A model generated the notes under the pieces. The model had not been told where the DNA came from. It was given only the letters and a program-made list of their open reading frames with translations, and did not search any database. Shown one piece after another: positions 26,277 to 35,610 of a DNA stretch of 64,000 nt. Origin of the DNA: Verrucomicrobiia bacterium (lineage in GTDB: Bacteria; Verrucomicrobiota; Verrucomicrobiia; Limisphaerales; Palsa-1400); assembly GCA_035551475.1 (NCBI GenBank), contig DASZMX010000053.1, positions 32,328 through 96,327 of the forward strand. The letters are read 5' to 3'. Numbering within the stretch: the first letter of the stretch is position 1; every line of letters starts with the position of its first letter. The position numbers and the translations under genes were made by a program.

Positions 26277-27599
26277 GTGCGCGCGGTTGATTTGATTCGA
26301 AAAAAACGCGATGGCGGCGAGCATTCCGCTGCGGAAATCAACTCCCTCATCGAATCCTACACCTGCGGCGAAACGCCGGATTATCAGATGTCCGCCTGGA
26401 TGATGGCCCTGCTGTGGCGCGGGGCCACGCCAGCCGAAGCGGCGGCGCTCACGGGCGCCATGCTGCGTTCCGGTTCGATTCTCGATTTGTCCGCCCTGCC
26501 CGGCCCCAAGGTGGACAAGCACTCCACGGGCGGCGTGGGCGACAAAACCTCCCTCATTCTGGCTCCCATCGCGGCTGCCGGCGGATTGATCGTGCCGATG
26601 ATCAGCGGGCGCGGGCTAGGCCACACCGGCGGCACGCTGGATAAGCTCGAAGCCATTCCGGGATTTGATGTAGGTTTGACAGCGGAACGGTTTCTCGAAG
26701 TATTGCGCCAGACCGGCTGCGGCATCACAGGCCAAACCGCGGAAATTGCTCCCGCGGATAAAAAAATGTACGCGCTGCGCGATGTCACCGCCACCGTGGA
26801 AAGCGAAGCTCTGATTTGCGCGAGCATCATGAGCAAGAAGCTGGCGGAGGGCATCGACGCCCTCGTGCTGGACGTCAAGACCGGTTCGGGCGCCTTCATG
26901 CGACGGACGGAAGACGCCGAAAGCCTCGCGCGCACGATGGTCGCCGCGGGCGAACGCATGGGCAAACGGATGGCCGCGCTGCTTACGGACATGGACCAGC
27001 CTTTGGGCCGCGCCGTCGGCAACGCTTTGGAAGTGGCGGAATGCGTCGAAATCCTCGAGGGCGCGCGCGATCCCATGAGCGAGGATTTGCGGGCTCTGTC
27101 AATCGAACTGGCCGCGTGGATGTTTTTTCTCGGCGGCAAAACCAGCGACGTGGCGCAAGGAAAAGCCCTCGCAGAGGAGAAGATCCGCAACGGCGAGGCG
27201 ACGCGGCGTTTCCGCGCCATGGTGCAGGCGCAAGGCGGCGAACCCGATTTTACCCGCCTGCCCGCGGCGCAAAAGCAAGCTGAGTTCAAAGCGGCGACCG
27301 CCGGTTCCGTGACTGCCGTCGCCTGCGAACAAGTGGGCCTCGCCAGCCTGGCCCTCGGCGGCGGACGCGGCAAAAAAGAGGACGTCATCGACCATGCCGT
27401 GGGTTTGACGCTGCGCAAGAAAGTGGGCGACTCCGTGCGCGCCGGCGAAACCATCGCCACGGTGCATTACAACGATCCGGCCAAACTGCCGGAGGCCCTC
27501 GCGCTCTTGCAGTCCGCCTATCATATCACCTCCGCGCCCCCGCGCGCGCCGCGCGTGCTGGTGCAAAAAGTCATCTGTCAACAAACCAACCAACTATGA
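26277..27599 (+). CDS. deoA: pyrimidine-nucleoside (thymidine) phosphorylase
   Basis: AVDLIRKKRDGG, DKHSTGGVGDKTSL, SGRGLGHTGGTLDKLE. The start is GTG 26277; TTG 26271, overlapping the cdd stop, is the alternative. The long 5' extension of ORF 25812 is rejected. Confidence 0.9.
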   Translation: MRAVDLIRKKRDGGEHSAAEINSLIESYTCGETPDYQMSAWMMALLWRGATPAEAAALTGAMLRSGSILDLSALPGPKVDKHSTGGVGDKTSLILAPIAAAGGLIVPMISGRGLGHTGGTLDKLEAIPGFDVGLTAERFLEVLRQTGCGITGQTAEIAPADKKMYALRDVTATVESEALICASIMSKKLAEGIDALVLDVKTGSGAFMRRTEDAESLARTMVAAGERMGKRMAALLTDMDQPLGRAVGNALEVAECVEILEGARDPMSEDLRALSIELAAWMFFLGGKTSDVAQGKALAEEKIRNGEATRRFRAMVQAQGGEPDFTRLPAAQKQAEFKAATAGSVTAVACEQVGLASLALGGGRGKKEDVIDHAVGLTLRKKVGDSVRAGETIATVHYNDPAKLPEALALLQSAYHITSAPPRAPRVLVQKVICQQTNQL

Positions 27600-28819
27600 G
27601 CCAATTCACCGGCATCCTGGGAATCCTTGCAATTATTGGGGCTTGTTACGCCTTCTCCACCGACCGGAAAGCGATCAAATGGAAAATCGTCGCGTGGGGA
27701 ATTCTCCTGCAATTGGTTTTTGCCGTCATCGTGCTCAAATTTCAATTTGGCCAGCAATTCATGGGCGCCGCCGGCGACGCGGTCAAGCGGCTGCTCGGCT
27801 ACGCCTATGATGGAGCCTCGTTTGTTTTTGGCGATCTGGCTTCGCCGGCAGGCAAGGCCGGATTCGTTTTTGCCTTCGCCATTCTGCCGACGATCATCTT
27901 CATGGCGGCGTTTTTTGCCGTGCTTTATCACTTCGGCATCATGCAGATCATCATCAAAGGCGCCGCCTGGCTCATGACCCGGCTTATGGGTGTGAGCGGC
28001 GCGGAATCTCTCGATGTGGCCGCAAGCATTTTCATGGGGCAAACCGAAGCCCCGCTCACGATTCGCCCGTTTCTTCCAAAATTGACGCGCTCCGAACTGA
28101 TGACCGTAATGACGGCAGGCATGGCGCATGTCAGCGGCGGCATCATGGCCGCCTACATTGCCACCGGCGTCGAGGCCAAGCATTTGCTGGGCGCCGTCAT
28201 CATGACCGCGCCGGGCACTTTGCTGATCGCCAAGACTCTTGTGCCGGAAACAGAAACGCCCGTCAGCGGCACGAAGGTGGAAATCGCCGAGATCGACGAA
28301 GACAAGAAGAAGAATCTGCTCGGCGCCATCGCCCACGGCACCAGCGACGGCTTGAGCCTGGCCATCAATGTGGCGGCGATGCTGATCGCGTTTCTCGCCT
28401 TGATCGCCTTGGTGAATGGTCTCATGGGCTGGGCGCATGGCGCGATGCCATGGTTCCCCGCGAGCTTGCAGGTGGTGCTTGGTTGGATCTTCGCGCCCAT
28501 CGCGTGGCTAATCGGCATTCCTTGGCAGGACGCCAAGGACATCGGCTCGCTTCTCGGCATTCGCATGGTGGGCAACGAATTGCTCGCGTTCACCCAACTC
28601 GGCCCCATGCACGCGCATTTGGCTGACCGCTCCTTTACCATCGCCACTTACGCCTTGTGCGGGTTCGCCAATCTCAGCTCAATCGGCATCCAGATCGGCG
28701 GCATCGGCGCCCTGGCGCCCAATCGCAAAGACGATCTGGCCCGCATCGGTTTCCGGGCCATGCTCGCGGGCACCGCGGCCAATCTGATTTCGGCGGCGAT
28801 TGTGGGCCTGCTAACCTGA
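27596..28819 (+). CDS. nupC: NupC/CNT-family concentrative nucleoside transporter
   Basis: Polytopic membrane protein with typical CNT motifs (GQTEAPL, SELMTVMTAGMAHVSGG, CGFANLSSIGI). ATGA overlap with deoA. Confidence 0.9.
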   Translation: MSQFTGILGILAIIGACYAFSTDRKAIKWKIVAWGILLQLVFAVIVLKFQFGQQFMGAAGDAVKRLLGYAYDGASFVFGDLASPAGKAGFVFAFAILPTIIFMAAFFAVLYHFGIMQIIIKGAAWLMTRLMGVSGAESLDVAASIFMGQTEAPLTIRPFLPKLTRSELMTVMTAGMAHVSGGIMAAYIATGVEAKHLLGAVIMTAPGTLLIAKTLVPETETPVSGTKVEIAEIDEDKKKNLLGAIAHGTSDGLSLAINVAAMLIAFLALIALVNGLMGWAHGAMPWFPASLQVVLGWIFAPIAWLIGIPWQDAKDIGSLLGIRMVGNELLAFTQLGPMHAHLADRSFTIATYALCGFANLSSIGIQIGGIGALAPNRKDDLARIGFRAMLAGTAANLISAAIVGLLT

Positions 28820-28850
28820 AACTTTTTCGCGGCTCGCGTGTCAATCGGAT

Positions 28851-30137
28851 ATGCGAAATGCAAATTCTTCCGCGCCCAGCCCCAATTTGGCGCGCGTCTG
28901 GCTGGCCTTCATTTTACTCGCCCTGGCCGCTGTGGTCATGGTGTCAGGCTGCCGGTTTTCCCTGCCTCGCTTCGCACTCGGAAACTACGACTCGGCTGCC
29001 ATGAAGACGCAGTCCGACGGCATAACTGACGAGATCCGCCGGATTGAAATTGATAACCGGCTCGGCGCAGTTCGGGTGGCCGCCGTCGAGGGTCCGCCTT
29101 ACGGCTGGACGTGGAAACTCGAAACTTACGCACAGACCCGAGCCGCCGTCCAATCCGCCATTTCCGAAGCTACACTAACGGTCAGCACAAATGATGGAAC
29201 ATTGCGGCTGGCCCTGAATCTGCCGGAACCCGCGCGCCGGGCGCGTTATGAATCTGAGTTGGAGCTGCGGACGCCCAAAGACGTGGCCGTTCAGGTCCAT
29301 AACGCGTTTGGCGCCGTCGAAATCAACGGGGTTAAAGGCCCGGTCGACGCGCGTTCGCAATCCGGCCCGGTAGTGGTGCAGCATGTGCGCCTAAAAGTGG
29401 ACGGCCAAACCTCTTTCGCCCCATTGCGCGTGGAGGATTGCGGTCCGGCTAACTTGCGCAATCAAAGTGGCGCCATCACCGCCGGGCATGTGCATGGGCC
29501 GTTGGACGCGGAGACAAGCTTCGGGCCGCTGCGCGCGTGGGATATCGACGGTTACGTGACGGCCCGCGACACCAGCGGCAGCATGGACGCCACGCGCATC
29601 AACGGGCTCGCGGATGTCGCCACAACCTTCGGCAGCATCATGGCATCGGACATCAATGGGCCCTTAACCGCGCACGACCAAAGCGGCTCCATTTCAGCCA
29701 ATCACATTCGTGGCGACATCAAGCTGGAGACTTCATTTTCCTCCATCACCATCGACGATGCGGCGGGTCGCGCGGACCTGAAAAATCAAAGCGGACAGAT
29801 TTCCGTGCGCGGCGTCACGGGCGACGTGGTGGCCAACACCTCTTTTGGCGCGCTGGATATTGACGGCTCGGGAGATTCTTTTATTTGCCATAACCAAAGC
29901 GGCCCCATTTCCCTGCGCGCGACGTCGGAACGTCTGGCAAAAATCGAGGCCCGCACTTCCTTCAGCGGCATCAATGTCCATCTGCCCTTCGCCGCCCATC
30001 CCGAGATTCACGCCCATACCACCTTCGGCGAAGTCGCCTCCGATTTCCCCATGAGCCCGGCGGACGGCGGGCAAACCGCGCGGCTGACGCTGGAGAACCA
30101 GAGTGGGCAAATTCGGATTCTGCGCGGCGGACGCTAG
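28851..30137 (+). CDS. lipoprotein with DUF4097-like beta-strand repeat (putative adhesin-fold) domain
   Basis: Lipobox LALAAVVMVSGC. There is a long run of ~19-20-aa periodic units (NQSG.I....V.G......TSFG.L). Confidence 0.65.
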   Translation: MRNANSSAPSPNLARVWLAFILLALAAVVMVSGCRFSLPRFALGNYDSAAMKTQSDGITDEIRRIEIDNRLGAVRVAAVEGPPYGWTWKLETYAQTRAAVQSAISEATLTVSTNDGTLRLALNLPEPARRARYESELELRTPKDVAVQVHNAFGAVEINGVKGPVDARSQSGPVVVQHVRLKVDGQTSFAPLRVEDCGPANLRNQSGAITAGHVHGPLDAETSFGPLRAWDIDGYVTARDTSGSMDATRINGLADVATTFGSIMASDINGPLTAHDQSGSISANHIRGDIKLETSFSSITIDDAAGRADLKNQSGQISVRGVTGDVVANTSFGALDIDGSGDSFICHNQSGPISLRATSERLAKIEARTSFSGINVHLPFAAHPEIHAHTTFGEVASDFPMSPADGGQTARLTLENQSGQIRILRGGR

Positions 30138-30138
30138 G

Positions 30139-30960
30139 CTATTTCCCGCCGCGCCCGAGCCAGAGCAAGGCGTTTAAAATCAGCCGATCCTGCGTTTCGT
30201 TGGCAAAGGTGAACGACAATTCCTTGTTGGTGTGGTGTTCGTAATCAATGTCGTTGTGGCCCATGTTGAAATAGATCATCCGAAACTTTCGATTGCTCCA
30301 CACCACCGGATAATAACCTTCATGCCAGATTTCATAAGGCTTGGGCCCGGTGCCGAGTGGAAAACTTGACGGGTCAATCGAAAGCAGGATGTCAATATTA
30401 GGATTCTTTCGCAAATCGTTCGACCACTTATACCATTCGCTCGGGGCTGATTTGAAAGTTGCCGGCAACCCTCGCGCGGCCGGATGGCTGGCATCTTCCA
30501 CGCGCAACACGGCGGACGTCGGACGCCAGGTGTTGCCCACATACGATCCGCTGCCGAGGAATTCATTGTGGTACCAATCCCAGTTTTGCGGCACGGCTGA
30601 CGGAGTCAGCGCGAAACCGGCGAAATGAAATCCCATCCAAGCCCCACCCTGCTCCATGTAGCGCTGGAAGGCCGCGCGCTGCGCCGGGTCCTCGGGGCGC
30701 GTATCGAGAAAAATCACGACCTGGCAATGCGACAGTCCCGCCTCGCTCAAGCGCGCCCAATTCGTCGTGGCCTCATAGACAAAATTATTGGAGGCGGCCA
30801 TTTTCGGAAACCATTGGTTGGCCTCGCCGACGAAACTGATATGCGCGCGGTCGTTTTTGCCGGTGTAAAACGCCAGCGCATGAAAAGGCGGCTCCGCTTC
30901 CGCCGTCACCGCCAGGGCCAGCGCGGCCCCGAGGATATTGAATTTAGTCCAAACGCACAT
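30139..30960 (-). CDS. secreted ThuA-like domain protein
   Basis: Signal peptide FNILGAALALAVTAEA. ThuA-like pattern: VVIFLDT, RAAFQRYMEQGGAWMGFH, HPAARGLP, EWYKW. ATG 30960 is chosen. Confidence 0.7.
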   Translation of the reverse strand: MCVWTKFNILGAALALAVTAEAEPPFHALAFYTGKNDRAHISFVGEANQWFPKMAASNNFVYEATTNWARLSEAGLSHCQVVIFLDTRPEDPAQRAAFQRYMEQGGAWMGFHFAGFALTPSAVPQNWDWYHNEFLGSGSYVGNTWRPTSAVLRVEDASHPAARGLPATFKSAPSEWYKWSNDLRKNPNIDILLSIDPSSFPLGTGPKPYEIWHEGYYPVVWSNRKFRMIYFNMGHNDIDYEHHTNKELSFTFANETQDRLILNALLWLGRGGK

Positions 30961-32491
30961 AAGCTGAGAGTCCCTGCAATCCGCCTTCGCGGCCAAAACC
31001 GCTTTCCTTGTAGCCCCCGAACGGGCTGGCCGGATCGAATTTGTTATAGCTGTTGGCCCAGACCACGCCCGCGCGGAGCTTGCTCACCATTTTGAAAATC
31101 TTGCTCCCTTTGTCCGTCCACACGCCGGCGCTCAGGCCATAAGGCGTGTTGTTGGCGCGCTCGATGGCCTCCTCCGGCGTGCGGAAAGTCATCACCGCCA
31201 GCACAGGGCCAAAAATTTCCTCCTGCGCCACGCGATGCGACATGGTGACATTCGTCATAAAGGTCGGCCGAAACCAATACCCCTTCGCCGGCAGGCCGCA
31301 ACTGGATTGCACGACCTCAGCGCCTTCGGCCTCGCCGCTCCGCACCAATTCGTCAATTTTATCGAGCTGCGCGCGCGAGTTGATCGCGCCGATATCGGTG
31401 TTCTTATCGAGCGGATTGCCCACGCGCAAGGTCTGGATGCGGTCGCGCAATTTGCGAATCACCGTCTTGAAAATCCCTTCCTGCACAAACAGGCGCGAAC
31501 CCGCGCAGCAGACGTGGCCTTGGTTGAAATAAATTCCGGACACAATGCCCTCGACGGCTTGGTCAATCGGCGCGTCCTCCATAATGATATTGGCCGCCTT
31601 GCCGCCCAGCTCGAGTGTCAGCCGCTTGTTCGTGCCGGCGCATGCTTTCGCAATCATCTTCCCCACTTCGGTCGAACCGGTGAACGCAATTTTGTCCACG
31701 CCCGGATGATTGACCAGAGCGGCGCCGGTCGGGCCGTCGCCTGTGATAATATTCACGACGCCTTCCGGCAATTCCGCTTCCTGAAAAATTTGCGCCAGGC
31801 GCAACGCGGTCAGACTGGTCGTTTCCGCCGGCTTGAGCACCACCGTGTTGCCGCACGCCAGGGCGGGGGCAATTTTCCACGCCGCCATGAGCAGCGGAAA
31901 ATTCCATGGAATGATCTGCCCGGCCACACCCACCGGGCGCGGCGTTCGTCCCGGAAAAGCAAATTCCAATTTGTCCGCCCAACCGGCGTGATAAAAGAAA
32001 TGCGCCGCCACCATCGGCAAATCGAAATCGCGGCTTTCCTTGATCGGCTTGCCGCCATCCATGGTCTCCAACACGGCGAGTTCGCGCGACTTCTCCTGAA
32101 TCAGCCGCGCGATGCGGAACAAATATTTTCCGCGCTCGCGCCCCGGCAGCTTGCTCCAGACATCGTCGTAGGCCCGGCGGGCGGAGGTGACAGCGGCATC
32201 CACGTCCTCCGCGCCGCTTTGGGCGATTTCGCTCAATTTCTCCTCGGTCGCAGGATTGATCGACGCCAGATATTTGCCCGCGCGCGGCGCCACAAATTTT
32301 CCGCCAATAAACAAGCCATGCTTCGGCTCGATTTTCACGGGGACCGATTCCGGCGCCGGAGTGTAGTCCCATTTGTCCCCGAAGCGCAGGCGGCGTTCGC
32401 CGGCCGGAACCGGTTTGCGGCCCGCGGGCGCGACGGGCGGAAGGACCGTCACGGCGGCGCGGCGAAGAGGAGCGGTGGTTTTCTTTTTCAT
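30944..32491 (-). CDS. NAD(P)-dependent aldehyde dehydrogenase (full length, ~55-aa N-terminal extension)
   Basis: [30 protein letters not shown], catalytic Cys region [20 protein letters not shown]. The start is trimmed to ATG 32491 (ATGA overlap with the deoC stop). The 137 upstream codons of ORF 30944..32902 are rejected. Confidence 0.9.
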   Translation of the reverse strand: MKKKTTAPLRRAAVTVLPPVAPAGRKPVPAGERRLRFGDKWDYTPAPESVPVKIEPKHGLFIGGKFVAPRAGKYLASINPATEEKLSEIAQSGAEDVDAAVTSARRAYDDVWSKLPGRERGKYLFRIARLIQEKSRELAVLETMDGGKPIKESRDFDLPMVAAHFFYHAGWADKLEFAFPGRTPRPVGVAGQIIPWNFPLLMAAWKIAPALACGNTVVLKPAETTSLTALRLAQIFQEAELPEGVVNIITGDGPTGAALVNHPGVDKIAFTGSTEVGKMIAKACAGTNKRLTLELGGKAANIIMEDAPIDQAVEGIVSGIYFNQGHVCCAGSRLFVQEGIFKTVIRKLRDRIQTLRVGNPLDKNTDIGAINSRAQLDKIDELVRSGEAEGAEVVQSSCGLPAKGYWFRPTFMTNVTMSHRVAQEEIFGPVLAVMTFRTPEEAIERANNTPYGLSAGVWTDKGSKIFKMVSKLRAGVVWANSYNKFDPASPFGGYKESGFGREGGLQGLSAYVRLD

Positions 32492-33381
32492 GACAGCGAG
32501 AAATAATCGGCGCCCTGGTAATTGCCTTCCATCGTCTTGACAATCTGCATCAGCACGTCGTTGAGCAGCGTGCTCGCGCCGAAACGAAAAAGCTCCGGCG
32601 TCAGCCAATCGTCGCCGAGCGTTTCCTTGACCATCACCAGGTAGGCCAGCGCCTGCTTGGCGTTGCGAATGCCGCCCGCCGGTTTCATCCCAATGCGCAG
32701 GCCCGTGGCGAAAAAATGATCCCGGATCGCCTCCAGCATCACCAGTGTGACGGGAATAGTGGCGGCCGGCTGCACTTTGCCCGTCGAGGTCTTGATAAAA
32801 TCCGCGCCCGCCTCCATGGCGAGATGGCTGGCGACCCGCACATTGTCGTACGTGACCAATTCGCCGGTTTCCAAAATCACCTTCAAATGCGCCGGGCCGC
32901 ACGCTTCCTTGATGGCGACAATTTCGTCAAAAACTTTGCGATGCTCGCCCGCGAGAAAAGCGCCGCGGTCAATAACCATGTCAATTTCATCCGCACCATC
33001 GCCCGCTGCGCGGCGGGTTTCCTCCAGGCGCGTGCGCAAAGGGTATTGTCCGCTCGGAAAACCGGTCGCGACCGACGCGATGTGCACGGGTGATTTCTCG
33101 CCCAGAAACCGGCGCGCGGCTCGCACCATGCTGGGATAAACGCAAACCGCCCCGCACGGCGGCACGCCGTATTTGGCTTCGATCGGCTGTTGTGCTTTCC
33201 GGCAGAGATACGCGACTTTGCCGGGCGTGTCTTTGCCTTCGAGAGTGGTCAAGTCCATCATCGAGACGACCAGTTTCAGTCCGGAAAGCTTCGCGCTGGT
33301 CTTGATGCTCCGTTTGGTGAAAGCCGCGGCGCGCTCCTCCACCATCACTTGATCAACCGTGGGCGTCATGGAAAAAGACAT
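32488..33381 (-). CDS. deoC: deoxyribose-phosphate aldolase (long form)
   Basis: MDLTTLEG, GADEIDMVIDRG, LKVILETGEL and Schiff-base lysine context FIKTSTGK. The start is ATG 33381 (alternative 33369), 1 nt after the upstream stop. Confidence 0.88.
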   Translation of the reverse strand: MSFSMTPTVDQVMVEERAAAFTKRSIKTSAKLSGLKLVVSMMDLTTLEGKDTPGKVAYLCRKAQQPIEAKYGVPPCGAVCVYPSMVRAARRFLGEKSPVHIASVATGFPSGQYPLRTRLEETRRAAGDGADEIDMVIDRGAFLAGEHRKVFDEIVAIKEACGPAHLKVILETGELVTYDNVRVASHLAMEAGADFIKTSTGKVQPAATIPVTLVMLEAIRDHFFATGLRIGMKPAGGIRNAKQALAYLVMVKETLGDDWLTPELFRFGASTLLNDVLMQIVKTMEGNYQGADYFSLS

Positions 33382-33382
33382 A

Positions 33383-34243
33383 TCAAATCCCAATCGGATG
33401 CCAGGCGGTTTTATATTCGACAGTGTCGCCAATCCAATACGGATTCTCCCCGCGCGCGGAACGCCAGTCCTCCGGCGACAAAATCCGGCGCGTGCAACGC
33501 TTCAAATTGACGGCCGCGCCTTCCTGCACGGTCGCGCAACCGGCGGCGTCCACCACCGCATTGATGTCCTTGTGCCCCGCAATGTGCGGCAGCAACTCCG
33601 CGCGTTTGCCGCTTAAAATATTCGCCACGCCGCCCGGCAAATCGCTGGTCGCCAAAATCTCCGCAAAAGCCAGCAAGGGCAGCGGCGCCGTTTCGGAGGC
33701 GACAATGATGGCCGCGTTCCCGGTTAAAATCACACTGGCCAGCAACGCCACCGCCGGAACAAACGACGGCTCGTCCGGGGGCAGAACGACCACGACACCC
33801 GTCGGCTCAGGCACGGTGAAATTAAAGTGCGAGGTTGCGACCGGATTGACCGCGCCAAAAACCTGCGTGAATTTGTCCGTCCAACCCGCGAAATAAACCA
33901 ACCGATCAATCGCCAGATCCACCTCCGCGCGCGCGGCCTCGCTCGAAATTCCGGTGCGTCCGATCTCCTCCGCGATGGCGGCGGCGCGGCTCTCCAGCAT
34001 TTCGGCGGCGCGATAAAGGATTTGTCCCTTTAGATACGCGGTCTTTTTCGCCCAGCCTTCAAAGGCGTTGCGAGCCGCCACCACCGCGTCGCGCAAATCC
34101 TTGCGTGAAGCGTGGCAAAAGTTGTCGAGATGCGTTCCATCCGCAGAAGTTGCCGCCAGGGCGCGGCCGCTTTCGCTGCGCACGAACGCCCCGCCGATAT
34201 ACAGCTTGTGCGTTTTGCGAACGTCCAGTCGGGTTCGGCTCAT
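33383..34243 (-). CDS. aldehyde dehydrogenase-family paralog lacking the catalytic domain (287 aa)
   Basis: ALDH N-terminal and NAD-binding pattern (KLYIGGAFV, R.DLRDAVVAARNAFEGW, GVVVVLPP, GVANILSG) runs up to NLKRCT. It then passes straight to a short tail, TVEYKTAWHPIGI. There is no ELGGK motif and no catalytic Cys segment. The start is trimmed to ATG 34243. Confidence 0.7.
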   Translation of the reverse strand: MSRTRLDVRKTHKLYIGGAFVRSESGRALAATSADGTHLDNFCHASRKDLRDAVVAARNAFEGWAKKTAYLKGQILYRAAEMLESRAAAIAEEIGRTGISSEAARAEVDLAIDRLVYFAGWTDKFTQVFGAVNPVATSHFNFTVPEPTGVVVVLPPDEPSFVPAVALLASVILTGNAAIIVASETAPLPLLAFAEILATSDLPGGVANILSGKRAELLPHIAGHKDINAVVDAAGCATVQEGAAVNLKRCTRRILSPEDWRSARGENPYWIGDTVEYKTAWHPIGI

Positions 34244-34547
34244 GGCGGCAGATTTTGGCACGAACTGAAAAAACCAACAGAAAAAAATCCTTTTCCCGTT
34301 ATCGATCACGGCTTCGATTACAAACCCGCCTTTGCTGCCGACGGCTTTAAATCCATATGACCCATGTCCCGAGCTCTTCCCTGTTGGCGCCTTTTGGCTT
34401 GACCCGGCCATAGTGGATGCCCGATTCTTTGCCCAGAAACAGATTTGGTATCTTGACTGTCAGATCTGCACAAGTTTTGCAGTGATTTTGCAGTCAACCC
34501 GTGGTTCGCCACGGCATCAAGGCCAGATGCGTATATACCGATTTGTT

Positions 34548-34642
<95 letters not shown>

Positions 34643-34737
34643 TTCTTTTGGCAGATTACCGCTGCGGGCGGCGATGTTTAATGAAGGTGCAGACCTGAAT
34701 TCGCCGTTTGATTTCCAAAAATTCGCGCGCCGTAGAG

Positions 34738-35571
34738 TTAAACGGCCACGGAATATTTAATGGGGGGATGAGGGTCGTAGCCTTCGATTTCAAAGTCCTC
34801 GTATTTGTAATCAAATATCGAACTGGGCTTTCGTTTAATCACCAACCGCGGCAATGGCCGGGGATCCCGCTTCAATTGTTCCAGCACGCCGTCGATTTGA
34901 TTCAGATAGATGTGGCAATCGCCGCCGGACCAAACGAAATCCCCGGGCTCGAGGTCGCATTGATGCGCGACCATATGCGTCAAGAGCGAGTATTGCGCTT
35001 GATTGAAAACTTGGCCAACCGCCACATCCGAACTTCTCTGGGTCAACATGCACGATAGCTTCCCGCCGGCGACGTAGAACTGGAACATGGCGTGGCAGGA
35101 AGCCAAGGCCGCCCGGCCGCGTTTGACATTCTCCTGCGGCGAAATGCGCTCATCAGGCAGCGCCGCAGGATTCCATGCCGTGACGATGTGGCGCCGGGAA
35201 TTGGGGTTGGACTTGATTTGCTCAATCACCTGGCTGATCTGGTCGATGACCCGGCCGTCTGGCGTCTGCCAGGCGCGCCATTGGGCGCCGTAAATGGGGC
35301 CGAGATTTCCACTTTCGTCAGCCCATGCATCCCAGATGTGGACTTTATTTTCCGTCAGATATTTGATGTTCGTCTCTCCGTTGAGAAACCAGAGGAGCTC
35401 ATGAATGACTCCCTTGAAAAAGACTTTGCGAGTCGTCACCAGCGGAAATCCTTGGGAGAGGTCAAAGCGCAGTTGCGCGCCAAAAATGCTTTTCGTGCCG
35501 GTGCCAGTCCGGTCGCCACGGGTGGTCCCGCGCTCCAAGATGTCCCGCAACAGATCCAGATATTGGCGCAT
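34738..35571 (-). CDS. thyA: thymidylate synthase (ThyA type)
   Basis: Near-colinear with the classical ThyA pattern: [36 protein letters not shown]-terminus IKYSVAV. ATG 35571 is chosen over TTG 35610. Confidence 0.96.
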   Translation of the reverse strand: MRQYLDLLRDILERGTTRGDRTGTGTKSIFGAQLRFDLSQGFPLVTTRKVFFKGVIHELLWFLNGETNIKYLTENKVHIWDAWADESGNLGPIYGAQWRAWQTPDGRVIDQISQVIEQIKSNPNSRRHIVTAWNPAALPDERISPQENVKRGRAALASCHAMFQFYVAGGKLSCMLTQRSSDVAVGQVFNQAQYSLLTHMVAHQCDLEPGDFVWSGGDCHIYLNQIDGVLEQLKRDPRPLPRLVIKRKPSSIFDYKYEDFEIEGYDPHPPIKYSVAV

Positions 35572-35610
35572 ACGCTGTATGACTAATGACAGACCGCGCC
35601 GATCATTCAA

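Noticed and set aside
32492-32902. 137-codon N-terminal extension of the aldehyde dehydrogenase ORF (ORF track 30944-32902)
   Set aside because: The extension lies inside deoC in another frame and is Arg/Gly-rich. ATG 32491 gives an ATGA overlap with the deoC stop and a sensible ALDH N-terminus. The same logic was used to trim ORFs starting at 430, 4063, 7950, 20874, 25702, 25812, 49710, 50735, 53196, 55949, 56380 and 62293.
34249-34266. TGGCACGAACTGAAAA, checked as a sigma-54 (-24/-12) promoter because an NtrC-type activator is present in the window
   Set aside because: There is no TTGC or GC element at the required 10-nt spacing from the GG. A second TGGCAC at about 6041 lies inside a coding region and has the wrong spacing (TGGCAC-N3-TTGC).
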